In this document: in pieces, positions 7,953 to 15,773 of the stretch
Position numbering within the stretch: position 1 is the first letter of the stretch
Layout of the letters: each line of letters opens with the position of its first letter
NCBI GenBank assembly: GCA_964388265.1
Contig: CAYLXZ010000015.1
Coordinates: 1 to 15,773, forward strand
Direction: 5' to 3'
Length of the DNA: 15,773 nt
Origin: Candidatus Micrarchaeota archaeon
GTDB taxonomy: Archaea; B1Sed10-29
Position numbers and translations under genes: made by a program
Notes under the pieces: generated by a model
Told to the model about the DNA's origin: nothing
Seen by the model: only the letters and a program-made list of their open reading frames with translations
Databases searched by the model: none

Positions 7953-10900
7953 ATGCCAGGCTCCAACACAACAACAGTAAGCGAACACCAAGAAAAATTC
8001 GAAGAGTTCTTCAAAGAACAATACCAGGAAAAACTAGAAAACCTAGCCACCCAATACCCAGAAAAGAAATCCCTAGTCATCAACTACAAAGACCTAGACC
8101 GATACGACCCCGAACTATCCGAAGCACTAGTAAAAGATCCCTACAACATCATAGACCACGCCGAAAAAGCCCTAGCAGAACAAGACCTAATGACAAGCCT
8201 GGAAGAACACGAATTCGAACCCAACGTAAGAATAACTAACCTACCACAAGAATACTACCTAAGAATAAAAGAACTCAAATCCAAGCAAATCAACAGAATG
8301 ATAGCATTCGAAGGTACAGTAAAGAAAATAACCGAAGTAAAACCCAAGATAACCCAAGGAGTATTCGAATGCGTACACTGCGGGAAAATACACAAAGTAA
8401 AACAAAACTACAGAAACAACAAAGTAGTAGAACCAAACAAATGCCGATCATGCGACAGAAAATCATTCAAACTTCTAGAAGACGAATCAAACTTCATAGA
8501 CACACAGAAAATAGCATTCCAAGAACCACTTGAAAAAACAAGCGGAAAAGAACAAGCCAAACCAATATCAGGATGGGTAGAAGACGACCTAACCAACACA
8601 ATAAACCCAGGAGACAAAGTAGACGTATACGGAGTCCTAAGAATACAGCAATCCAAAGACAAAGGCAGCATCTACAACAAATACATCGACATAAACAACG
8701 TAGAGATGAAAGAAACCGAATTCGAAGAACTAGAACTAACAGAAAAAGACATAGAAGAGATAAAAGAACTGTCAAACGATCCACTAATATACGAAAAGAT
8801 AACCAGCTCAATAGCACCCAGCATCTACGGATACGAAGACATAAAAGAAGCAATCTCCCTACAGCTATTCGGAGGGACAAAAGGAAAAGAAAAACCAGAC
8901 GGAATGCACATAAGACCAGACATCCACATACTACTAATAGGAGACCCAGGAACAGCCAAATCACAACTATTGCAATACGTAGAAGGACTATCACCAAAAG
9001 GGATATACGTATCAGGGAAATCAAGCAGTGCAGCTGGACTATGCGTAGCCCCAGATACCTTCATGCCCACGGACCAAGGATACTATCAAATCAACAACTT
9101 CGTTGAAGAAAGATTAAACTCACCTAAAGAAATCCAGCCAGGAATGCACAAATCCGACTGTAGAGAAGGCAAACTCTACGGATTAAACAACTCCTACTCT
9201 CTCTCCAAAGCTCCACTGGAATCAGTATGGGAAATCGAAGCACCCCCTACCATGACGAAGATAAAAACAAGAACAGGAAGAGAAATAGAAATAACCCCGG
9301 AAACAAGCCTCCCAGTGAGCAAACAAGGAGACATTGAATGGATAAAAGCAAAGAACCTGGAGAAAAAAGACAGAGTAGCCACCCCAAGAAAGATAAAAGT
9401 AAAAGGAAAGACCCCCTACCTACACTCCTACATACAGGAAGACTACACCATACTCAACATCGGTCCTTTCGTCAAGAAACTCAAAGAAGAACTCCGAGAA
9501 AAACACGGTACCCTCAAAGAAGCAGCTGAAGAACTCGAAATAGATGAGAATAACATATACTGCTGGTCAAACAATGACCTACAAGGAAACCCTTCCATAA
9601 AAGACTTAAAGAAAATCTTAAGACATCTAGGGGAAGATCAAGAGAAACTATACAATGAAATCGACGGTAGACCCCTGTCACAGCAAGCAGGGCACAAAAT
9701 ACAGCTCCCAACAAGACCCAACGAAGAATTAATGCGTATAATAGGCATGATAGCCGGTGACGGGTCAATATGCGGTGGAACCAGCTATGGAGGAAGGACA
9801 ATAAGATTCAGCTCCTCAAACAATCACTTAAGAAAACAATACAAAGAACTCCTAGAGAACCTAAACATAAATTACTACGAATCCCAGGGATCGGAAAAAC
9901 GCCCACCAGAAATAAGGTTCGGGTCAAAGATCTTCGCAGACATCCTCCACAAATTCGGGATACCAAACTCACCAAAATCCTCAAAACTAACCCTATCGAA
10001 AAAACTACTTAACCTAAAAGACAACTTAATCGCAGCCTACCTAAAAGGACTATTCGACACCGACGGATGCGTCAAAAAAAGAGACTCAGGGTCAGACACC
10101 ATAGAACTATACACAACAAGCAAGAAACTAGCTGAAAGAGTTCAACATTCCCTGCTTAGGTTCGGAGTAATCTCTAAAGTAAGGACAAGAGAAAGAAACA
10201 ACAGAACAACAAAGATACAGGGAAAAAGAGAAATAACCACGGATAAAAACATGCATATAGTGACAATAAGAGGCTCAAGGAACATAAAAAACTTCAAGGA
10301 GGAAATAGGGATCTCACACCCAGAAAAAAGAAAGAAACTCCAGTCAATACAGGAAAACAAAGAACTACACTCCAACATAGATACAATACCAGGCACAGGA
10401 ACCAAACTAAAAGACATAAGAGAATACCTCGGAGTATCCAGATCCACATACCCCACCAACGGCGGAGGAAAAAGAATAGAAAAAGGAAAAAGCACTACAA
10501 GAAAAACCCTTAGAAGACTCGTTGACTCCCTAATAGAAGTCATCCGAAAAGACGAATGGAAAGGAAAAAGAATAAAGATAGATAAAAAACTTAGAAAATC
10601 CATCAGAAAGAAACTGAAAAAAACAACTACAGCCAAAGAAATGGCGGAGAAACTCAATATAAGCACCAGCCAATACCAAGAATACTTCCAAAGACTAACC
10701 AGGGAACCCAAAATACCCTTCCGAACCTTATCCCAAGTCGCTGACCACCTAAGAGAAAAAGGATTCAGCAAAACTACGGAGAAGATCAAAGACAAAATAT
10801 GGAGCCTGGAAGCCCGAGAACAAACAATCCTATCCGAAGCACTTACACTTAAAACCCTAGCTAACTCAGATGTATTCTGGGACGAAGTTAAAAAAGTAGA

Positions 10901-11981
10901 AGAAATCGAACCGAGCTACGACAAAGTCTACGATGTTACAGTAAATCAACATAACTTCCTAGCGAACAACGTACTAGTGCACAACACAGCAACCGCAGAG
11001 AAAGACGAATTCGGAGAAGAAGGATGGACACTAAAAGCCGGAGCACTAGTACTAGCAGCCGGAGGAATGGCACTAGTAGACGAACTAGACAAAATAGAAG
11101 AATCCGACAGATCAAGCCTACACCAAGCAATGGAATCACAGAAAATAAGTGTAGCAAAAGCAGGAATAGTATCTACATTCAAGGCCAACGCAGCAATACT
11201 AGCAGCAGCAAACCCAAAATACGGAAGATTCGACCCCTACGAACTACCAGCAGAACAGTTCGACATCCCACCAACTCTAATGAGTAGATTCGACCTAATG
11301 TTCCCAGTAAAAGATACACCAGACGAAGAAAAAGACAACGAAATGGCAGAACACATCCTACTCACACATAGAGCAGCAGGAAGAAGAGCTAAAGGAGAAT
11401 CAATCGAAGAAGAATCCGAAGAACAAGAAGCAATTCCATCAATAGATCCAGATCTACTTAGAAAATACATAGCATACGCCAGAAAAAACATACAGCCAGT
11501 GGTAACCGAAGAAGCAGAAGAAAGAATAAGAGAATTCTACGTCGACCTAAGAAAAGTTGGGGAAGAACAAGAAGCCGTTCCAATCACCGCCAGGCAACTT
11601 GAAGCAGTAGTAAGACTAGCAGAAGCCAGTGCAAAAGGAAGACTAAGCGAGAAAGTAGAACTAGAAGACGCAGAAAGAGCAATAAGGCTACAAAAAACAT
11701 GCCTGAAGAAAGTGGGAGTAGACCCAGAAACAGGTCAATTCGACATCGACATAATAGCCACAGGATCCAGCAAATCCCAGATGGATAAAATGAAGACAGT
11801 GATGAACACAGTAAAAAGAATAAACGACGAATACGACGAAGCAACATACGACGCTATAAAAGAAGAAGCAAAAGAAGAAGGAGTGGACGAAGAAGACCTA
11901 GACGACATACTGAAAGAACTGAAGAAAAACGGAGACGTATACACCCCAAGCTACAACGTATATAAACCCACAGAAGAATAA
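7953..11981 (+). CDS. mcm: Replicative helicase MCM, intein-containing precursor (1342 aa; about 694 aa after splicing)
   Basis: C4 zinc finger (CVHC...CRSC), IAPSIYG, Walker A GDPGTAKSQ, Walker B VDELDK, AAANPKYGR, arginine finger SRFD, ITARQLE, C-terminal winged helix. Confidence 0.97.
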   Translation: MPGSNTTTVSEHQEKFEEFFKEQYQEKLENLATQYPEKKSLVINYKDLDRYDPELSEALVKDPYNIIDHAEKALAEQDLMTSLEEHEFEPNVRITNLPQEYYLRIKELKSKQINRMIAFEGTVKKITEVKPKITQGVFECVHCGKIHKVKQNYRNNKVVEPNKCRSCDRKSFKLLEDESNFIDTQKIAFQEPLEKTSGKEQAKPISGWVEDDLTNTINPGDKVDVYGVLRIQQSKDKGSIYNKYIDINNVEMKETEFEELELTEKDIEEIKELSNDPLIYEKITSSIAPSIYGYEDIKEAISLQLFGGTKGKEKPDGMHIRPDIHILLIGDPGTAKSQLLQYVEGLSPKGIYVSGKSSSAAGLCVAPDTFMPTDQGYYQINNFVEERLNSPKEIQPGMHKSDCREGKLYGLNNSYSLSKAPLESVWEIEAPPTMTKIKTRTGREIEITPETSLPVSKQGDIEWIKAKNLEKKDRVATPRKIKVKGKTPYLHSYIQEDYTILNIGPFVKKLKEELREKHGTLKEAAEELEIDENNIYCWSNNDLQGNPSIKDLKKILRHLGEDQEKLYNEIDGRPLSQQAGHKIQLPTRPNEELMRIIGMIAGDGSICGGTSYGGRTIRFSSSNNHLRKQYKELLENLNINYYESQGSEKRPPEIRFGSKIFADILHKFGIPNSPKSSKLTLSKKLLNLKDNLIAAYLKGLFDTDGCVKKRDSGSDTIELYTTSKKLAERVQHSLLRFGVISKVRTRERNNRTTKIQGKREITTDKNMHIVTIRGSRNIKNFKEEIGISHPEKRKKLQSIQENKELHSNIDTIPGTGTKLKDIREYLGVSRSTYPTNGGGKRIEKGKSTTRKTLRRLVDSLIEVIRKDEWKGKRIKIDKKLRKSIRKKLKKTTTAKEMAEKLNISTSQYQEYFQRLTREPKIPFRTLSQVADHLREKGFSKTTEKIKDKIWSLEAREQTILSEALTLKTLANSDVFWDEVKKVEEIEPSYDKVYDVTVNQHNFLANNVLVHNTATAEKDEFGEEGWTLKAGALVLAAGGMALVDELDKIEESDRSSLHQAMESQKISVAKAGIVSTFKANAAILAAANPKYGRFDPYELPAEQFDIPPTLMSRFDLMFPVKDTPDEEKDNEMAEHILLTHRAAGRRAKGESIEEESEEQEAIPSIDPDLLRKYIAYARKNIQPVVTEEAEERIREFYVDLRKVGEEQEAVPITARQLEAVVRLAEASAKGRLSEKVELEDAERAIRLQKTCLKKVGVDPETGQFDIDIIATGSSKSQMDKMKTVMNTVKRINDEYDEATYDAIKEEAKEEGVDEEDLDDILKELKKNGDVYTPSYNVYKPTEE
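9042..10985 (+). mobile_element. Intein with LAGLIDADG homing endonuclease, 648 aa, inserted at SSAAGL|TATA
   Basis: Begins with Cys (TGC at 9042, CVAPDT). LAGLIDADG motifs IIGMIAGDGSI and YLKGLFDTDGCV. Ends VYDVTV...HNFLANNVLVHN with Thr as the +1 residue. Removing it restores the conserved GKSSSAAGLTATA of MCM. Confidence 0.96.
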
Positions 11982-12004
11982 GAGAAAAGGAGGACTAATA
12001 CTAC

Positions 12005-12904
12005 ATGAACCTAAACAAGAACCAAGTAATGGCACTGCTCATCCTCATATTCATCTCAGTACAAATACTAGGCCTACTAACAGGATTCAAATACCTTCAA
12101 CTAATATCACTCGGAGAAGCAGAACCAGCACTAGGGCAACCAAACAACCCAATGAACTCTCTATACTTACTACTATACCTAGTAGCCATAACAGGACTAC
12201 TACTAATTATAATAAAATTCAAAAGAAAAATGCTCACAGTACTCGAAGGACTAGCAATATTCTTCGCCTCAGACATCGTATTCGAACTCCTAATCCCCAT
12301 TGGGTTCCCAGTACCAGGAATAGGGATAGTTCCAATTGGACCATTCCTAGCTCTAGCACTAACCTACTTCCATCTAAGAAAACCAACCTACCTAAGTCAA
12401 AACCTAGCCCTCATCTTCGCAGTATCAGGAGCAGGAGCAGTCCTAGGATCTTCATTAGGAATCATACCTGTCCTCGTATTCATGATAGCCCTAGGAATAT
12501 ACGACTTCATATCAGTATTCTACACCAAACACATGGTCTACATGGCTAAAGCCATAACAGAGAGACCCAGAGCATTCACAGCAGCATTGCCCTCAGGGGT
12601 AGAAGTAAGAAAAAGAACTAACATAGAAACAGGAGAACAAGAAGCCAACGGAGTACATACAGATAGCGAAGATGGACACACCTTCCAGCTCGGAGGAGGA
12701 GACCTGGCAATCCCACTAATGCTAAGCGTATCCACATTAAGGATAGGGATACCGAACGCGATATTCACATCAATAGGATCACTGATAGCCCTGGTTCTAC
12801 TGTTCAAATTCATACTCAAAAAACCAGGAATGGCGCTACCAGCCCTACCACCAGTATCAGCAGGAGGAATACTAGGATTCCTCGCATCACTACTAGTATT
12901 CTAG
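12005..12904 (+). CDS. Presenilin/signal peptide peptidase family (A22) intramembrane aspartyl protease
   Basis: Multiple TM helices, YD motif (GIYDFISV), GxGD motif (LGGGDL), PAL motif (LPALPP). SD GGAGG upstream. Confidence 0.92.
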   Translation: MNLNKNQVMALLILIFISVQILGLLTGFKYLQLISLGEAEPALGQPNNPMNSLYLLLYLVAITGLLLIIIKFKRKMLTVLEGLAIFFASDIVFELLIPIGFPVPGIGIVPIGPFLALALTYFHLRKPTYLSQNLALIFAVSGAGAVLGSSLGIIPVLVFMIALGIYDFISVFYTKHMVYMAKAITERPRAFTAALPSGVEVRKRTNIETGEQEANGVHTDSEDGHTFQLGGGDLAIPLMLSVSTLRIGIPNAIFTSIGSLIALVLLFKFILKKPGMALPALPPVSAGGILGFLASLLVF

Positions 12905-12911
12905 ATCCACA

Positions 12912-12928
12912 CGCAACCTTATTATTAA
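12912..12928 (+). promoter_or_regulatory. Putative BRE/TATA promoter of the OB-fold/aIF-2beta/DUF424/aIF-1A genes
   Basis: CGCAAC-C-TTATTATTAA about 30-45 nt upstream of ATG 12956. Confidence 0.4.
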
Positions 12929-12955
12929 ACCACGTTTAAAAACAATAATGATAAC

Positions 12956-13459
12956 ATGCCTCAAAGAGAAACAGCCAAAATAAAACAAGTGAAAGACCTC
13001 TTTAAAGGAGAGTTCAAAGAAAGCAAAGACATAAATACACCCAACAAGATAGAAACAGAGAAAGACTCCTATTCACGAGTAAACATCCTAGCAACAATAG
13101 AAGACACCTACATGAACTCAGAAGAAACCTATGGATCAATCCAAGTAACCGACAACACCGCGACAATAAGAGTAAAAGCATTCGACGAAACCACGGAATA
13201 CCTAGAAGACTTAGAGAAAGGAGATCTAGTTAAAGTAATAGGGAAAGTAAGAAAAGACGAAGACGGAAGATTCATACTCGGAGAAATAATAAAACCCATA
13301 CAGAACCCAGAATACGCTGAGCTAAGAAAACTAGAGATAAAAGAAAGAGAAGAAGAACAAACACAAGAACAAGAGACCAAACAAAGAACTCAGGAAAAAG
13401 AAGATGAAGGAGACTCAAGCGAAGAATCCTTTGTCGAAGAAACAGGAGCAATAGAATAG
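12956..13459 (+). CDS. OB-fold nucleic-acid-binding protein, RPA2/RPA32-like, with acidic tail
   Basis: SRVNILATI...IQVTDNTATIRVKAF...LEKGDLVKVIGKVR is a classic OB strand pattern. Glu-rich C-terminus. Confidence 0.8.
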   Translation: MPQRETAKIKQVKDLFKGEFKESKDINTPNKIETEKDSYSRVNILATIEDTYMNSEETYGSIQVTDNTATIRVKAFDETTEYLEDLEKGDLVKVIGKVRKDEDGRFILGEIIKPIQNPEYAELRKLEIKEREEEQTQEQETKQRTQEKEDEGDSSEESFVEETGAIE

Positions 13460-13469
13460 GTGAAGAAAA

Positions 13470-13877
13470 ATGAACGACTACGATGAACTGCTCGAGAAAT
13501 ACTACGAAGAAGAACCAGAAGAAACGGAGAAAAAGAAAAGATTCGAAGTACCAAAACCAAAGACACATATCCAAGGGGGAAAAACCGTGATCAAGAACTA
13601 CAAGAAGATCACGGAAAAACTAAGAAGAGACCCAAAACATCTACTCAAATTCCTGTCAAAAGAACTAGCAACCGCTGGAAACCTAGAAGGAGACCAAGCA
13701 AGCTTGAAAGGAAAACTAAAAACATATCAAATCAAGAAGAAACTCAGCCAATACATAAAAGAATACGTGATATGCGAAGAATGCGGAAAATCAGACACCA
13801 ACCTAATCAACTTCAAAGGAGCAAAGTACAAGAGATGCGAAGCCTGCGGAGCTAGATCACCAGTAGAAGAAATATAG
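13470..13877 (+). CDS. eif2b: Translation initiation factor 2 subunit beta (aIF-2beta)
   Basis: RFEVP, G.KTVIKN, LRRDPKHLLKFLSKELATAG, zinc ribbon CEEC...CEACGA. SD AGGTGA overlaps the upstream stop codon. Confidence 0.95.
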   Translation: MNDYDELLEKYYEEEPEETEKKKRFEVPKPKTHIQGGKTVIKNYKKITEKLRRDPKHLLKFLSKELATAGNLEGDQASLKGKLKTYQIKKKLSQYIKEYVICEECGKSDTNLINFKGAKYKRCEACGARSPVEEI

Positions 13878-13891
13878 ATAAAGGAGATCCA

Positions 13892-14179
13892 ATGCACTGG
13901 AAAAAAGAACATGGAAAAGTACTAGCAGCCTGCGATGAAGACCTAGTAGGCAAAGAAATAAAAGAAGAAGAAAGATCAATGAAAGTGAAAGAAAGTTTCT
14001 ACAAAGGAGAAAAAGTAACCACGGAACGGCTGGAGGAACTCCTACATGACTACGAGAACATAAACCTCATTGGAAAAGACACAGTGGACACAGCCAGAGA
14101 CCAAGGTAAGATCGCAGAGACCAGGAAGATAAAACAGATTCCCTACGCATTAATATTCACCGTGAACAAAAAAGGATAA
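13892..14179 (+). CDS. DUF424 family protein
   Basis: VLAACDEDLVGK, VKESFYKG, INLIGKDTV, IPYA. This family commonly neighbours aIF-2beta. Confidence 0.88.
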   Translation: MHWKKEHGKVLAACDEDLVGKEIKEEERSMKVKESFYKGEKVTTERLEELLHDYENINLIGKDTVDTARDQGKIAETRKIKQIPYALIFTVNKKG

Positions 14180-14180
14180 C

Positions 14181-14483
14181 ATGAGCAAAAACGATAACGA
14201 TGAAGGAACAAAGAGGGTAAGAACCCCTAGAGACAACCAAGTCATAGGGAAAGTCATTAGACTTCACGGTGGAAAGAGAATGACAGTTCAATGCGCAGAT
14301 GGAAAAAGAAGAATGTGCAGAATACCAGGAAGAAGAAATAATCTATGGGTAAAAAGAGATAACTACGTCTTGGTAGAGCCATGGGATGTTCAAAGCGATG
14401 AAAAAGGAGATATAGTCTGGAAATACAAGAAAACCAGCGTGAAATGGCTCAGGAAAAACGGGTACCTTGAAGACCTGGAATAG
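14181..14483 (+). CDS. eif1a: Translation initiation factor 1A (aIF-1A)
   Basis: RVRTP, VIGKV..LHGG.RM.V.CADGKRRMCRIPGR, WV...YVLVEPW, KGDIVWKY, WLRKNGYL. Confidence 0.95.
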   Translation: MSKNDNDEGTKRVRTPRDNQVIGKVIRLHGGKRMTVQCADGKRRMCRIPGRRNNLWVKRDNYVLVEPWDVQSDEKGDIVWKYKKTSVKWLRKNGYLEDLE

Positions 14484-14484
14484 A

Positions 14485-14510
14485 TTACTTTTTTACTTCT
14501 TTCTTTATTT
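14485..14510 (+). terminator. Possible oligo(T) terminator after eif1a, lying within the 3' end of the convergent gene
   Basis: TTACTTTTTTACTTCTTTCTTTATTT directly follows the eif1a stop codon. Confidence 0.3.
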
Positions 14511-15438
14511 CAAATAGAGATTTTGAAGGATTTTCCTTTGCTTTTTCAATCAATTTATCTTTCTCTTTCCCCTTACACAAAGGTAGAACCTGCTCTATGG
14601 AGGATAACTCGTAGCCTAGTTCGTTTAATTCTTCTCTTCTTCTCTTTCTCTCTCCCTTGTAAAGTTCTCCTATCTCTTCTTTTTCTTTCTTTTTCTCTTC
14701 TTCCTTTTTTCTGTATTTTTCTATTTTAGGTTTCTCTTCCTCCACTGCTCTTTCAGTGATCTCTTTAAGTTTCTCTATTTCTTGCTTAGGCAGTTGACTT
14801 AGTGTTCTCTGGTTGTAAGCTGTTTTGTCAACTACACCGGCTTCTTCAAGTAGCTTAAGGTTTTTCTTAATTTTCTTCAATTGATCTTGAGAAGGATATT
14901 CTTTTTTCTCTTTCTCTTTTTTGGTTTCCTGAAGTTTTTTGTCTCCTTTTTTACCAAGGTACTGTCTTACTGTGCTTTCTGAGATATTTACTCCTTTTTC
15001 TTTAAGTTTCTTTTTTACTTCCATGGATACTTCTTTTTTATTTAGTTCTTCAGGTAGTTTTTCAGCGGTTTTTCTGATGAGTTTGACTTTTTCTCTTGTT
15101 TTATCTTCTCTTGATAGATTTATCTGAGATCCCTGTTGCCTTATTCTTTTTACTGTTCTTTCGCTCTTTCCTTCTAGTTGAGGTAATTCTCTTGTGAGTT
15201 TAGAGATAGATTTATCCGCACCTTCTTTTTCTTTGTATCCTGAGACTCCTTCTTCCATGTATTTCTCTCTTATCTCTGGCACCTCTTCCAGTAGGGTTCT
15301 ATACAGTCCTTCTATCTTTTTATGTTCTTTTCTAGCTGCCTCGCTATATTTGTCTCTTCTTTCCTTTAATTGCTTCTCTGAAAGATGGTTCACTCCTCCT
15401 CTTTTATCTTCTTTCTTTTTCTTTTGCTTTTTAGCCAT
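14485..15438 (-). CDS. Lys/Glu-rich hypothetical protein, possibly DNA-binding (HTH-like segments)
   Basis: 317-aa ORF that fills the gap exactly, with AAGGAG upstream. Contains LKEKGVNISESTVRQYL and EGKSERTVKRIRQ. No recognisable catalytic motif. Confidence 0.7.
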   Translation of the reverse strand: MAKKQKKKKEDKRGGVNHLSEKQLKERRDKYSEAARKEHKKIEGLYRTLLEEVPEIREKYMEEGVSGYKEKEGADKSISKLTRELPQLEGKSERTVKRIRQQGSQINLSREDKTREKVKLIRKTAEKLPEELNKKEVSMEVKKKLKEKGVNISESTVRQYLGKKGDKKLQETKKEKEKKEYPSQDQLKKIKKNLKLLEEAGVVDKTAYNQRTLSQLPKQEIEKLKEITERAVEEEKPKIEKYRKKEEEKKKEKEEIGELYKGERKRRREELNELGYELSSIEQVLPLCKGKEKDKLIEKAKENPSKSLFEIKKEVKK

Positions 15439-15462
15439 TTAACCACTAACTCCTTAATTCAC

Positions 15463-15771
15463 CTAGCAGGTTAAGTGAAGAGCTGCTACTACGTCTTTGT
15501 CTTCTTTGACTTTCTTGTTGAATATATGAGTGGCTTTCCTGGTTTTCTGAGATATTAATTCAATTCCTTTCTTCTCTAGATCTCTCCTTGTCTCAGGTAG
15601 TACTCTTATTCTTCCGTAGGCTCCTTTACCTATGATTAAGATGTCGGGAGGATCTTCGAGAAGGGGCTCTAGATCTTCTTTATGTAGGGAATGACCTTCT
15701 TTCCTCCACGAATCTTCCTCCACGTGATCGGGGTATAGGATAAGGTCATCGGTGTAGCTTTCGCCATCTAC
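15463..15771 (-). CDS. Mth938-like (DUF498) domain protein, 5'-truncated by the window
   Basis: The frame stays open to the window edge (VDGESYTDDLILYPDHVEEDSWRKEGH). Contains PDILIIGKGAYG and the C-terminal AALHLTC typical of the family. Confidence 0.88.
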   Translation of the reverse strand, partial: VDGESYTDDLILYPDHVEEDSWRKEGHSLHKEDLEPLLEDPPDILIIGKGAYGRIRVLPETRRDLEKKGIELISQKTRKATHIFNKKVKEDKDVVAALHLTC

Positions 15772-15773
15772 GG

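Noticed and set aside
11050..11140. Deviations in MCM motifs (VLAAGG, VDELDKI, LHQAMESQ) as a sign of an inactive helicase
   Set aside because: The Walker A lysine, Walker B DE, sensor asparagine and arginine finger are all intact, so the changes look like ordinary lineage variation.
2347..13912. Many short minus-strand ORFs rich in Ser/Phe/Leu
   Set aside because: They are antisense shadows of well-supported plus-strand genes, with no SD or recognisable domains.
14485..15438. Insertion sequence or transposase call for the K/E-rich ORF
   Set aside because: No catalytic domain, terminal inverted repeats or target-site duplication is visible.
1..15773. CRISPR arrays, tRNA, rRNA or structured ncRNA genes
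   Set aside because: All intergenic gaps are about 105 nt or shorter and AT-rich, with no spaced direct repeats or cloverleaf-like GC-rich stems.

Overview
A gene-dense archaeal chromosomal segment with 15 credible CDSs. Assignment to a DPANN-like, possibly salt-adapted lineage is inference from the acidic/Lys-rich proteins, TATA-type promoters and AGGTGA Shine-Dalgarno (SD) sites. In order: the 3' part of a LamG-domain, sequon-rich, C-terminally anchored surface protein; a rubredoxin-ferritin (reverse rubrerythrin-like) gene on the minus strand; a small acidic ORF; an NrdG/PFL-activase-type radical SAM protein; archaeal alaS; two overlapping single-pass membrane-anchored exported proteins; mcm interrupted by a 648-aa LAGLIDADG intein with extra HTH-like inserts; a presenilin-type GxGD protease; an RPA2-like OB-fold protein; aIF-2beta; DUF424; aIF-1A; and, convergently, a Lys/Glu-rich orphan and a partial Mth938-like gene. 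I saw no CRISPR array, RNA gene, transposase or reverse transcriptase. Most of the window is housekeeping, and I cannot claim a clearly new system. The best leads are an abrupt synonymous-codon switch inside the surface-protein gene (suggesting a swapped-in LamG module), the large multi-HTH intein, a presenilin gene placed in the mcm-OB-aIF2beta cluster near two type I membrane proteins, and a probable ATA start codon.
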